Source: a virus
Lineage: Duplodnaviria > Caudoviricetes
DNA: 64,000 nt
IMG/VR virus record: IMGVR_UViG_2974723488_000001
Location: 1-64,000 of that record
Direction: 5' to 3' (one strand)
A program made the position numbers and the translations under genes. Below, piece by piece: positions 1 through 8,105 of the stretch. Within the stretch, counting starts at the first letter, position 1, and each line of letters begins with the position of its first letter. The notes below the pieces were generated by a model, which was not told the origin of the DNA, made no database searches, and was given only the letters and a program-made list of their open reading frames with translations.

Positions 1-3
1 GTG

Positions 4-58
4 TACACGGTACACCCTACACCTTACACACCCCCCCGGGTGTCTCCACTATGTACAC
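4..58. repeat. TACAC pentamer cluster and C7 tract at the probable genome left end
   Basis: TACAC at 4, 11, 18, 25 and 54; ACACCCCCCCGGGTGT at 28-43; lies upstream of the first hairpin promoter. Confidence 0.5.
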
Positions 59-79
59 CATCTACCCACCCCATGTCTT

Positions 80-100
80 AGACGCTCCGCGTCTTATGGG
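80..100 (+). promoter_or_regulatory. N4-type virion RNAP hairpin (early) promoter
   Basis: AGACGC-TCC-GCGTCT-TAT-GGG; the template strand forms a 6-bp stem with a C-GGA-G loop, the same layout as N4 P2 as I recall it (AGAAGC-TCC-GCTTCT-TTT-GGA); predicted +1 at G98. Confidence 0.85.
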
Positions 101-135
101 TCTTTCATCCATCTATCTACTTAGGAGTATCCATC

Positions 136-471
136 ATGTCCGTCGCTACCACTCGCGTTACCTTCGGTGCTGTCCTCGGTACCATCAACGAAGCTGCTAC
201 CACGGTGTCTTCCACCTTCGGTACTGCTACCAAAGCTGTCGGTATGCTCAACACTTTCGTGTCTGCTGCTGCTGACAAGCAAGCTCTGCGTACCAAAGTC
301 GATCTTCATGAGTTCAAGACTCGGCTGATCGAAGAGAAGTCCATGGAAGAAGCTCGCCGTAAGGTGGCTATCGAAGACTTCTGCAAGGATCAAGTCAACG
401 CGAAACACTTCAAGTCGGCCTACGATCGTCTGTCCCAACTCGTGAACGACGAGACCAAGACGGTGATCTAA
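136..471 (+). CDS. N4 gp1-like early protein (RNAP II cofactor)
   Basis: AGGAG RBS; first gene after the hairpin promoter; resembles N4 gp1 (FGTATKAVGML...KQALRTK). Confidence 0.7.
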   Translation: MSVATTRVTFGAVLGTINEAATTVSSTFGTATKAVGMLNTFVSAAADKQALRTKVDLHEFKTRLIEEKSMEEARRKVAIEDFCKDQVNAKHFKSAYDRLSQLVNDETKTVI

Positions 472-480
472 GCCTCACTC

Positions 481-502
481 GGGGAGTCCTTCGGGACTCT
501 CC
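481..502 (+). terminator. UUCG hairpin after gp1 (weak U-tail)
   Basis: GGGGAGTCC-TTCG-GGACTCTCC. Confidence 0.5.
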
Positions 503-657
503 AACCCTTCCTACTTGATAGATAGTCAGCGTAGCTGACAGTCAACTCTGTTGACTAGTTAAAGTCCTACTTTCTCTACTTTTCATCCCTTTGTTTGGGT
601 GTTCGACCGACCCGAATACTCATTCATCCTTCCCTTTATTTCTCAGGAGTTACCCTC

Positions 658-1095
658 ATGTCGATCCTCAACAACGTCGCTGGCAACAACACCGGTTCCG
701 CTTTCGATACCACCTTCGGCAAAGCCAGTGGCAATCAGACCGTCGCCAAGAAAGACCTGCCGAAAGCCCAGTTCTGGCTGAACATCGGCTACGTCGCCCA
801 GTTCAACAACGCTGAAGGCCAGGTGGAAAGCCGCTTCATCGCTCTGCCGATGGGCATGCCGCTGGACACCATGGACCATCTCAAGGCCAACAGCAGCAAC
901 GAGATCTTCCGTGCCATGCAGTCGGCGCAGAACAACCTGCTGGACCAACTGCTGGCCAAGGCCAATACCATGGCGCCGGGCGAAGAACTCATCATCGGCG
1001 AAGGCCAACTGGTCATCCAGTTGCGCCGAGTCAAGGCCGAACAGGCTCCGCTCGCTGCCGAGGCCAATCCGCTGGCCAAGCAACTCACCTTCTGA
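658..1095 (+). CDS. N4 gp2-like ssDNA-binding activator of RNAP II
   Basis: AGGAG RBS before ATG 658; KAQFWLNIGY, LPMGMPLDT, AQNNLLDQL and QLRRVK motifs typical of gp2. Confidence 0.85.
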   Translation: MSILNNVAGNNTGSAFDTTFGKASGNQTVAKKDLPKAQFWLNIGYVAQFNNAEGQVESRFIALPMGMPLDTMDHLKANSSNEIFRAMQSAQNNLLDQLLAKANTMAPGEELIIGEGQLVIQLRRVKAEQAPLAAEANPLAKQLTF

Positions 1096-1114
1096 TCTCG
1101 GTCAGAAAACAGGT

Positions 1115-1149
1115 AGGGATCACTCTTCGGAGTGGTCCCTTTCTTTTTT
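1115..1149 (+). terminator. Rho-independent terminator
   Basis: AGGGATCACTC-TTCG-GAGTGGTCCCT followed by TTCTTTTTT. Confidence 0.85.
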
Positions 1150-1220
1150 AACTAGCGAAAAGCTAGATCCAACTTTGATAGCCTTTCCCACGATGACTAT
1201 CGAAAGACTATCCAAGTTGG

Positions 1221-1571
1221 TAAGCAGATAACTTATAGGAACCAAGACCATGAGTATCATCGTCGTTAACAAGTACAAACTGGTCAATCCTGACCGCGAA
1301 GACATCTACATTGGACGTGGTAGTCCTCTCGGAAATCCCTATCCCATCGGTAAGGATGGAACTCGTGTAGAAGTCATCCGTAAGTACGCCGTGTGGCTGG
1401 ATCACAAGATCAAGACCCATGATGCTGCCGTGTGCAATGCCCTGAACAATATCCTCAGCAGGCACAGGAAAGGGCAAATAGTTAAGCTGGTCTGCTTCTG
1501 CAAACCGCAAGCTTGCCATGGCGACATCATCAAGTCCGTGGTAGAGAACTTCAATCTAAGCAGATAACTTA
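1221..1571 (+). repeat. 15-bp direct repeat TAAGCAGATAACTTA flanking the DUF4326 gene
   Basis: identical copies at 1221-1235 and 1557-1571, each just upstream of an RBS. Confidence 0.8.
1250..1567 (+). CDS. DUF4326 family protein
   Basis: DIYIGRGSPLGNPY and LVCFCKPQACHGD motifs. Confidence 0.85.
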   Translation: MSIIVVNKYKLVNPDREDIYIGRGSPLGNPYPIGKDGTRVEVIRKYAVWLDHKIKTHDAAVCNALNNILSRHRKGQIVKLVCFCKPQACHGDIIKSVVENFNLSR

Positions 1572-1582
1572 GAGGTAGGAAA

Positions 1583-1771
1583 ATGCTATTCAAAGACCTT
1601 CCTGAAGGTGCGATCTTTCAGCTCCAACATCGCTCGGAGCTGTACATGAAGAAGCACCAACAGACCAGCAAGTACACGTTCACCAACGCTGTACTCATGG
1701 ATGGAACCAAGGAAGTGAGAGCTGTCGGTATCGGCTCTCATGCTCAGATTCAAGTCATCGGAGGTAAGTAA
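1583..1771 (+). CDS. hypothetical small protein (paralogue of next gene)
   Basis: RBS; MLFKDLPEGAIF start shared with the next ORF. Confidence 0.7.
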   Translation: MLFKDLPEGAIFQLQHRSELYMKKHQQTSKYTFTNAVLMDGTKEVRAVGIGSHAQIQVIGGK

Positions 1772-1959
1772 TGCTGTTCAAGGAACTGAAAGATGGAGAC
1801 TTCTTCACTGCTGGAATGATCCAGTTCCAGAAGATTCATCCCATCCATCTGGATGGCTGCGAAAGAAACGCAGTGATCATGTCTGACAACGGCGGTCCCT
1901 TGCTTCCCAAGGGGCTGCACATTCAACTGCACGGTGACATTCAAGTCGAACTCAATTAA
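1771..1959 (+). CDS. hypothetical small protein (paralogue of previous gene)
   Basis: TAATG coupling; MLFKELKDGDFF; same length (62 aa). Confidence 0.7.
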   Translation: MLFKELKDGDFFTAGMIQFQKIHPIHLDGCERNAVIMSDNGGPLLPKGLHIQLHGDIQVELN

Positions 1960-1971
1960 TAGGGACACATC

Positions 1972-2229
1972 ATGGAATTCATCTTCGGAATCATCATAGC
2001 CTTCGTGGTGCTCTGCAACCTGAAGCACATCATCGGCAAGAAGTTGTTCTATCGCATGAAGTACGGTGCGATCAGCAGTGCCACTGCTCGTCATTGCTCC
2101 ATCGAAATGAATATGCTGGCCATCCAATTCGAGGACAAGGGTGACCAGTTCATGGCAGAGCGTGCCAAGTATCGAGCCAAGGAATTGGCTGAATACGCTC
2201 AGATCCTGGTCTTCGGCAAGGTGCTCTGA
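1972..2229 (+). CDS. hypothetical protein with N-terminal membrane anchor
   Basis: RBS; hydrophobic first ~18 aa. Confidence 0.65.
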   Translation: MEFIFGIIIAFVVLCNLKHIIGKKLFYRMKYGAISSATARHCSIEMNMLAIQFEDKGDQFMAERAKYRAKELAEYAQILVFGKVL

Positions 2230-2351
2230 TGTACTCCTGGCTCGACAAGATCATCGAAGAGCAGGCTGCTTACTATGGAATGACTCCCGAGAAATGGGAG
2301 CAACTCAAGGAAGCAGCCATCCAATACGAAGAGGAAAACCCACATGTTTGA
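2229..2351 (+). CDS. hypothetical 40-aa protein (not in ORF track)
   Basis: TGATG coupling; MYSWLDKIIEEQAAYYGMTPEKWEQLKEAAIQYEEENPHV fills the gap. Confidence 0.55.
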   Translation: MYSWLDKIIEEQAAYYGMTPEKWEQLKEAAIQYEEENPHV

Positions 2352-2640
2352 TCGCATTGACATTACCATTGCCGTACTGGCAACTCTCTGCGCCTTCGGT
2401 GGCGTGCTCATGGCCTACTGGGATGACCTGATGATCAGGCTGTTCCAGTGGTCCTTCGGCAAGCTGACCGAACAGCAAGCCTGGGACATGCACTACTTCT
2501 ACGAAGAGAAGTCTCACTTCTTCAGTCGTATGGGAGTGCAGGACCAGTACGAGATGTACAAGTCTCGTTCCATCGCTCACTACCGCTATGCCGTCAGGCT
2601 GCATGAGCGTGCTGAACGGGAGGCCAAGCACAAGGCATAA
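2344..2640 (+). CDS. hypothetical membrane-anchored protein
   Basis: GAGG RBS; N-terminal hydrophobic helix. Confidence 0.65.
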   Translation: MFDRIDITIAVLATLCAFGGVLMAYWDDLMIRLFQWSFGKLTEQQAWDMHYFYEEKSHFFSRMGVQDQYEMYKSRSIAHYRYAVRLHERAEREAKHKA

Positions 2641-2674
2641 CCCGAGACACTAGACACAAATAGGAGAAAGTCTC

Positions 2675-2869
2675 ATGCTGAACCACAATCCCATTCTGTT
2701 CGTACTCGGCTACCTTTTGGTAGCTGCTGTCATCATCGCTGTACCCTTTCTGCGTGAGGCTCTCTTGTTCATTGTCCAGGTACTCATCTGTCTGGTCTTC
2801 CTGGCCATCATCCTCAACATCCTCATGGAGATTTGGAACTCCTGGCAAACCAGGAACAAGAAACTATGA
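2675..2869 (+). CDS. small membrane protein (2 TM)
   Basis: AGGAG RBS; two hydrophobic segments. Confidence 0.65.
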   Translation: MLNHNPILFVLGYLLVAAVIIAVPFLREALLFIVQVLICLVFLAIILNILMEIWNSWQTRNKKL

Positions 2870-3168
2870 ACGATCTGCAACTGTTCTACGCAGCCTATTG
2901 GGACTGGGTAATGAGTGGTGCGCCTGATGGCAAACCATTCAACCGAGGCCATGGGCTGTGTGGCTGTCTCCTTGATTGGGCGATAGCCAATGGAAAGAGT
3001 CCCAATGGCATGAAGCTGGATATGGTGAAGCAATTCACCGATGCCAAGATGGATCCTGTCCATCCGTTCAATGACACTGCTCATCAACCGAGCTTTGCCG
3101 TTGAGTCCAAGGTTCGTCGCTGTCACCTCAATGGTGCTCGACTCAACTGGGTGCATGCCCACAAGTAG
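2866..3168 (+). CDS. hypothetical protein
   Basis: ATGA overlap; PFNRGHGLCG and RLNWV motifs. Confidence 0.65.
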   Translation: MNDLQLFYAAYWDWVMSGAPDGKPFNRGHGLCGCLLDWAIANGKSPNGMKLDMVKQFTDAKMDPVHPFNDTAHQPSFAVESKVRRCHLNGARLNWVHAHK

Positions 3169-3170
3169 CT

Positions 3171-3503
3171 ATGAATCAACTCAAAGTCGTGCAGTTCGAC
3201 GACCATACAGCCCAGCTTGGAGAACGTGACTTCGATGTCCGGTTCCCTTCCAAGCTGGGTTGTTTGTTTTCTGTGACTGATCTCTGGGATGTGAGCCATG
3301 TAAGGAAGCTGTACATCCAATGGCTTACTCACAAGGTCAAGCACAAAGACCCGGAAGTCGTGAGACTGCTGAACCTTATCGCTGCTGCTGTCATGGATGA
3401 CACCAGCTATCCCGTTTTCTTGGTGCAGGGACGTGAAGATATTCACGCTGAAGCACTCCAAGAGTTCATCCTCAACGCCATTCAAGGAGCCAGTGATGGC
3501 TGA
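3171..3503 (+). CDS. diverged DUF4326-like paralogue
   Basis: YIQWLTHKVKHKDPEVVRLLNLI aligns by eye with YAVWLDHKIKTHDAAVCNALNNI of 1250-1567. Confidence 0.55.
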   Translation: MNQLKVVQFDDHTAQLGERDFDVRFPSKLGCLFSVTDLWDVSHVRKLYIQWLTHKVKHKDPEVVRLLNLIAAAVMDDTSYPVFLVQGREDIHAEALQEFILNAIQGASDG

Positions 3504-3879
3504 CAAAGTATTTGTGTTCGGCTCGAACACTGCTGGTATCCACGGTGCAGGTGCTGCAAGGACTGCACACAAGAAGTTTGGTGCCCGTTGGGGTATTGGC
3601 TATGGACTCCATGGCAACTCATTCGCCATTCCCACCAAGGACAGCAACATCAAGACCTTGGACATGGACTCCATCAAGGCATTCGTCGAGGGCTTCATCG
3701 CCTTCGCTCGTAGTCGTAGCGATCTGACCTTTCAAGTCACTCGCATTGGCTGCGGATTGGCCGGTCTGACTGATGCAGACATGGCCATGATGTTCACCAA
3801 TGCACCATCCAACTGTCTCTTTGACCTCGCCTGGGAACCTTGGCTGGGTATTGAGCACAGCTACTGGGGCACTTTTTAA
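3496..3879 (+). CDS. A1S_2505-like phage non-structural protein (Macro-like fold inferred)
   Basis: VFVFGSNTAGIHGAGAA, GNSFAIPTK and VTRIGCGLAG motifs. Confidence 0.75.
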   Translation: MADKVFVFGSNTAGIHGAGAARTAHKKFGARWGIGYGLHGNSFAIPTKDSNIKTLDMDSIKAFVEGFIAFARSRSDLTFQVTRIGCGLAGLTDADMAMMFTNAPSNCLFDLAWEPWLGIEHSYWGTF

Positions 3880-3903
3880 ATCTCCATCATCTAGGAACCA
3901 ACC

Positions 3904-4110
3904 ATGGAAGTCACCATTGCAGCACTGAACCAGTGCAAGACGCAGACTCGTGAGGATTACGTACTGAAATCCAGTCGTGGTACGAGCGTTATGTCGTTCG
4001 ATACGGCTGAAAAGGCCATCAAATGGCAGAGTGAACAGAAGAAGAAGCACGGTGATCGTGCTCCCAATCTGAAACTCTTCCACGTAATCACCATTCAGAA
4101 GGAGATCTGA
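3904..4110 (+). CDS. hypothetical protein
   Basis: AGGA RBS; immediately upstream of RNAP II subunit as in N4-likes. Confidence 0.65.
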   Translation: MEVTIAALNQCKTQTREDYVLKSSRGTSVMSFDTAEKAIKWQSEQKKKHGDRAPNLKLFHVITIQKEI

Positions 4111-4111
4111 C

Positions 4112-4939
4112 ATGTCCAAGTTCACTCATGAAGAGCTTGTTGCTCACCAGAACAAGCTCGAAGTCCTGTTCAACTGCAACCAGTTGATGAGCAGGATGCG
4201 CAAGGAATTCACCGAATCCAAGAATCCTGACTTTGTTGCGTATATGCAACAACACGGAATGGATCCCAAGTTCGGTATCGATGCACTGGTGCAGATCGCT
4301 CTGCACAAGCGGGCTGACCTGCCGACGCTGTTGGGTACGCTGCGTCATCATGGGCAGACTGCCCAGGAAGTGGCTGATGGCCTGCTCTGGCTGGCACAAC
4401 ACGATTTCATGCACTGGGAACCAGTGCGGGAGATGTTCATCGTCATCTTCGAGATCAGCGCTGAAGTACAGCACGAGATCGACAGCTACCAGTATCCACT
4501 GCCCATGGTCATCGAACCCAGGCATCTGGAGAACAACCGTCAATCGGGCTACCTCATCAGCCAAGGCAGTGTGATTCTGAAGAAGAATCACACCGAGGAT
4601 GATGTATGCCTGGACCACCTGAATCGCATGAACAAGGTGGCTCTTACCATCAACTACGACACCGTGGGCATGATCCAGAACAAGTGGAAGAATCTGGACA
4701 AGGTGCAGGAAGGTGAAACCCGTGAGGACTTCGAGAAGCGCAAGCGTGCCTTCGACAAGTACAACAAGACGGCCCATGAAGTCATGGCTGTCCTGACCCA
4801 CATGGGCAACCGCTTCTACATCACCCACAAGTACGACAAGCGTGGCCGCACCTACGCTCAGGGATATCACGTCAACTACCAGGGGACTCCCTGGAACAAG
4901 GCCGTGGTGGAGTTCGCTGATGCAGAGGTGATCCAGTGA
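4112..4939 (+). CDS. RNA polymerase II subunit 1 (N4 gp15-like)
   Basis: YQYPLPMVIEP and THKYDKRGRTYAQGYHVNYQG (DxRGR) motifs of T7-like RNAP N-half. Confidence 0.92.
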   Translation: MSKFTHEELVAHQNKLEVLFNCNQLMSRMRKEFTESKNPDFVAYMQQHGMDPKFGIDALVQIALHKRADLPTLLGTLRHHGQTAQEVADGLLWLAQHDFMHWEPVREMFIVIFEISAEVQHEIDSYQYPLPMVIEPRHLENNRQSGYLISQGSVILKKNHTEDDVCLDHLNRMNKVALTINYDTVGMIQNKWKNLDKVQEGETREDFEKRKRAFDKYNKTAHEVMAVLTHMGNRFYITHKYDKRGRTYAQGYHVNYQGTPWNKAVVEFADAEVIQ

Positions 4940-5214
4940 CCACACACTGCACCTGCGCTGTCTACCGGGGCTTGGCCTGCACCAAGTGCTATGGTCTGCA
5001 TCACAACCGTGAAGCCATCACGGCCTGGGCCATCAACTGGCGTACCTGGAACCTCAAGAAGAAACAGCAGGAAGAGGCAGGAGACAGCATCAGTGCTGCC
5101 ATCTGCCGTAACCATGCTGCTGATGCATTCCGCACCATCAAGCGTCTGGGTAACTTCCAGACCGATGATGCGGTTCTTCAATTCCTGAAAACCGAGGGCT
5201 ATACCGATGAGTAA
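4936..5214 (+). CDS. hypothetical Cys-containing protein
   Basis: GTGA overlap with gp15; CTC...CTKC. Confidence 0.55.
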   Translation: MTTHCTCAVYRGLACTKCYGLHHNREAITAWAINWRTWNLKKKQQEEAGDSISAAICRNHAADAFRTIKRLGNFQTDDAVLQFLKTEGYTDE

Positions 5215-5425
5215 TCCCAAGATCTATCAAGCTGAGAACTTCAGCCTTGCCACCATCACTCCGGAAGGCAGTGAGACGGAGAACGTGGCGATCATCATCG
5301 TCATGCCTGACGGCACGCAGTTCGGCTATGACCTGGGGGAGTTGAACTCCCACATCTTGCAGTACCTCAGCACTGCCTTTGTGCAACTGCGACAACGTGT
5401 CGTGACCAACGAAACCATTCATTAA
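5207..5425 (+). CDS. hypothetical protein
   Basis: GAGG RBS; fills the gap before gp16. Confidence 0.6.
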   Translation: MSNPKIYQAENFSLATITPEGSETENVAIIIVMPDGTQFGYDLGELNSHILQYLSTAFVQLRQRVVTNETIH

Positions 5426-5447
5426 CTGAACCGTCAAGGAGCCTACT

Positions 5448-6650
5448 ATGCAGACGTTCACTCCCATGCAATATCTTCAAATCGACATCGCCAACAACTT
5501 CGGTCTGGACAAGGAAGACTGGTTGGATCGAATCAAGTGGTTCGAGCAAAACGAGAACCAGTTGGAAGCACTGGTGGAACAGGCCGATGAGCCTGCTCTG
5601 TACCATGCTGGTGTCATGGCCTACCGTAAGGCTGAACAGGGTCTGCCCATCGGCTATCCGGTGGCTTTCGATGCTACGGCATCGGGCATGCAGATTCTGG
5701 CTTGCCTAACTGGTGACCGCAAGGCCGCTGAACTGTGCAACGTGGTGAACGCTGGCCGTCGTATGGACTCGTACACCAGCATCTACCACAAGATGCTGGA
5801 CATACTGGGTGAAGGCGCCAAGATCAAGCGCAATGACGTGAAGCAGGCAGTGATGACTGCCTTCTATGGTTCCGAGGCCATTCCTCGACAAGTGTTCGGT
5901 GAAGGCAGCATGCTGCTCCGCATCTTTGAACAAGTGATGAGCGAGGCTGCTCCGGGTGCCTGGGAACTGAACAAGTTCTTCCTGGACATCTGGAACCCTG
6001 ACGCCACTGCGTATCACTGGGTGCTTCCGGACAACTTCCACGTCCATACCAAGGTCATGGTGAAGGAAGCTGAAGTCGTTCACTTCCTGAACAAACCCTA
6101 CGAGACGTTCCGAGAAGTGCAGGGAACCAAGGAGAAGGGACGTAGCCTCTCTGCCAACAGCGTTCACAGCCTGGATGGCATGGTGGTTCGTGAGATCGTC
6201 CGTCGCTGCGACTATGACCAGACCCGTATCAACGAGGTACTGGCCGTGCTGCGTGGTCAGATGATCGAACTGCCCAACGAGGACCGCAACGTCGAAATGA
6301 CGCTCACCCTCTGGAAGCACTACCTGGATACGGGCTACTTGTCTGCTCGCATCCTGGACCACATCGACACGACCACGTTGATGCTGGTAGACCCCAATGT
6401 CATTTGGGATCTCATCGAGTCGCTGCCCCCGAAGCCCTTCAAAGTGCTGACGGTGCATGACTGCTTCCGGGTGCTGCCCAACTACGTCACCGATCTGCGT
6501 AAGCAGTACAACAACCAGCTCTACCTGATCGCCAAGTCCAACATCCTCAGCTCCATCCTGAGCCAGATCATGGGCAAGAAGGTCAACATCGGTAAGCTGG
6601 ATCCCAGCATGATCAACGAAATCCTCGAAGCGGACTACGCTTTGTCCTAA
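5448..6650 (+). CDS. RNA polymerase II subunit 2 (N4 gp16-like)
   Basis: motif A FDATASGMQ, motif B RNDVKQAVMTAFYGS, ANSVHSLDG, motif C VHDCF. Confidence 0.93.
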   Translation: MQTFTPMQYLQIDIANNFGLDKEDWLDRIKWFEQNENQLEALVEQADEPALYHAGVMAYRKAEQGLPIGYPVAFDATASGMQILACLTGDRKAAELCNVVNAGRRMDSYTSIYHKMLDILGEGAKIKRNDVKQAVMTAFYGSEAIPRQVFGEGSMLLRIFEQVMSEAAPGAWELNKFFLDIWNPDATAYHWVLPDNFHVHTKVMVKEAEVVHFLNKPYETFREVQGTKEKGRSLSANSVHSLDGMVVREIVRRCDYDQTRINEVLAVLRGQMIELPNEDRNVEMTLTLWKHYLDTGYLSARILDHIDTTTLMLVDPNVIWDLIESLPPKPFKVLTVHDCFRVLPNYVTDLRKQYNNQLYLIAKSNILSSILSQIMGKKVNIGKLDPSMINEILEADYALS

Positions 6651-6655
6651 AATAC

Positions 6656-6692
6656 GGCCAACCTTCTGTCAAGAGGGTTGGCCAACTTTTTT
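6656..6692 (+). terminator. Rho-independent terminator
   Basis: GGCCAACCTTCT/AGAGGGTTGGCC stem then AAC-T6. Confidence 0.7.
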
Positions 6693-6709
6693 AGAACAGG
6701 GATAGATCC

Positions 6710-8059
6710 ATGAACTACCGTGTCGTATATAACGCAGTACGAAAGCGGTTCATTGTGCTGCCGGAGGGTGAAGTCATTCGCTTCAGCCCCAGTCTACCGA
6801 TGGTAGGCCAATTTGTTCACGACCATGATGATCGTGACAGTTCCAATGATGACATCTGGCACGGCATCAGCCATGTGATATGGCACCACGTTCGTGAGGT
6901 GGTCCAAAAGGCATGGGGTGACAACACCAACATGTCGGACTACACGATCATCATGAACAGCATGATTGATCCACCTTGGGAGGACACTTTGCCTCCTGAA
7001 GTGATCGATCCGGAAACGGATATTCCCCAGGACCGTGATCCGGTCATTCCGGATATTGTGCGCAAGACTCCCGGCACCGGAATTCTGGTGGAGCAGTTTA
7101 ATCCTGGGTCCAACAAGTCCGCTTACCTCGGTGTCGTCTTTCGGCACAACGGTAGCTCTCCCAAGCCGAAGGCTACCTATGACGGCGTGGAATTGGAAAC
7201 GGTATATGCCACCTCATCCTTCATAGAACGGATAGGAATTGCCATGTTTAAGATAGAAAACATGGAAGCCGGAACCAAGGAACTGACTCTCAACTTTGGA
7301 GAAGGCCAAGAATACGGTCCCTTGGTGGGGCGGATTGACACCTTCCCCAGTCCGAAGCTGGATAGCAAACTCTTGGTCGCTAAGTTTGACGAACGAGTAC
7401 GAGGCTCCAGTTTTGGTACGGGTTCCGCTATCGGTGGATACGTGAAGACCATGATTGGCGTGAACTCTGCTGTGGCACGGTTTGCCCCGAAACACTCCGG
7501 CCCTGCTGGTTGGGTAGAGGATGCAAGCCAAACCATCTACAGCCGTCGATTGGTGACCATGGACAAGCTCAACATCAAAGCATCCGAAGGTGTCGTAACT
7601 TCCGTGCTGGCAGACAACACCATCGAGGTGGAAGTGTCTGAAGACCTGTCCTACCCACAATTGGAACTGATTTTCAGGAACCCCAATGACCAGCCCAACG
7701 ATACGGTAGCCATCCGTCTGGAAAAACTGGATTCGGCAAAAGCCGGTTTCAGCAATATGTACATTTACTACGACCCCAGTGGTTACTGGTCTACGACTGA
7801 TGGTCTCCTGGACGCATCCCGACCGTGGCTGGACCTTGTATGGCACAGCCCCAAGAAGTACAAGGCATCCCGCTATTTGCTGGGGCTGCGTCCGGGTAAG
7901 ATGAAAATCACCCTGTGGGATCGGGTCAATGATCTGTATGCCATCTTTGGTACCAGCAATCGTCCGGCCCAAACAGGAGATATGCATTACTTCACTTTGA
8001 GCGAGCAATTGACGGACATAGCCACTATGGCCGCTGAATTCAAGGAACAGAACCTATAA
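6710..8059 (+). CDS. putative second capsid-decoration protein (gp17-like N-domain plus unrelated C-terminal domains)
   Basis: N-terminus YRVVYNA..F.H...SHVIWHHVREV matches the neighbour's YQVAYNA..F.H...AHALYSHVQDV; Pro-rich linker. Confidence 0.6.
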   Translation: MNYRVVYNAVRKRFIVLPEGEVIRFSPSLPMVGQFVHDHDDRDSSNDDIWHGISHVIWHHVREVVQKAWGDNTNMSDYTIIMNSMIDPPWEDTLPPEVIDPETDIPQDRDPVIPDIVRKTPGTGILVEQFNPGSNKSAYLGVVFRHNGSSPKPKATYDGVELETVYATSSFIERIGIAMFKIENMEAGTKELTLNFGEGQEYGPLVGRIDTFPSPKLDSKLLVAKFDERVRGSSFGTGSAIGGYVKTMIGVNSAVARFAPKHSGPAGWVEDASQTIYSRRLVTMDKLNIKASEGVVTSVLADNTIEVEVSEDLSYPQLELIFRNPNDQPNDTVAIRLEKLDSAKAGFSNMYIYYDPSGYWSTTDGLLDASRPWLDLVWHSPKKYKASRYLLGLRPGKMKITLWDRVNDLYAIFGTSNRPAQTGDMHYFTLSEQLTDIATMAAEFKEQNL

Positions 8060-8061
8060 TG

Positions 8062-8088
8062 GAGGAAGGGCTTCGGCCCTTTCTCTTT
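8062..8088 (+). terminator. Rho-independent terminator
   Basis: GAAGGGC-TTCG-GCCCTTT followed by CTCTTT. Confidence 0.7.
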
Positions 8089-8105
8089 GATCAAAGGAAA
8101 TCATC

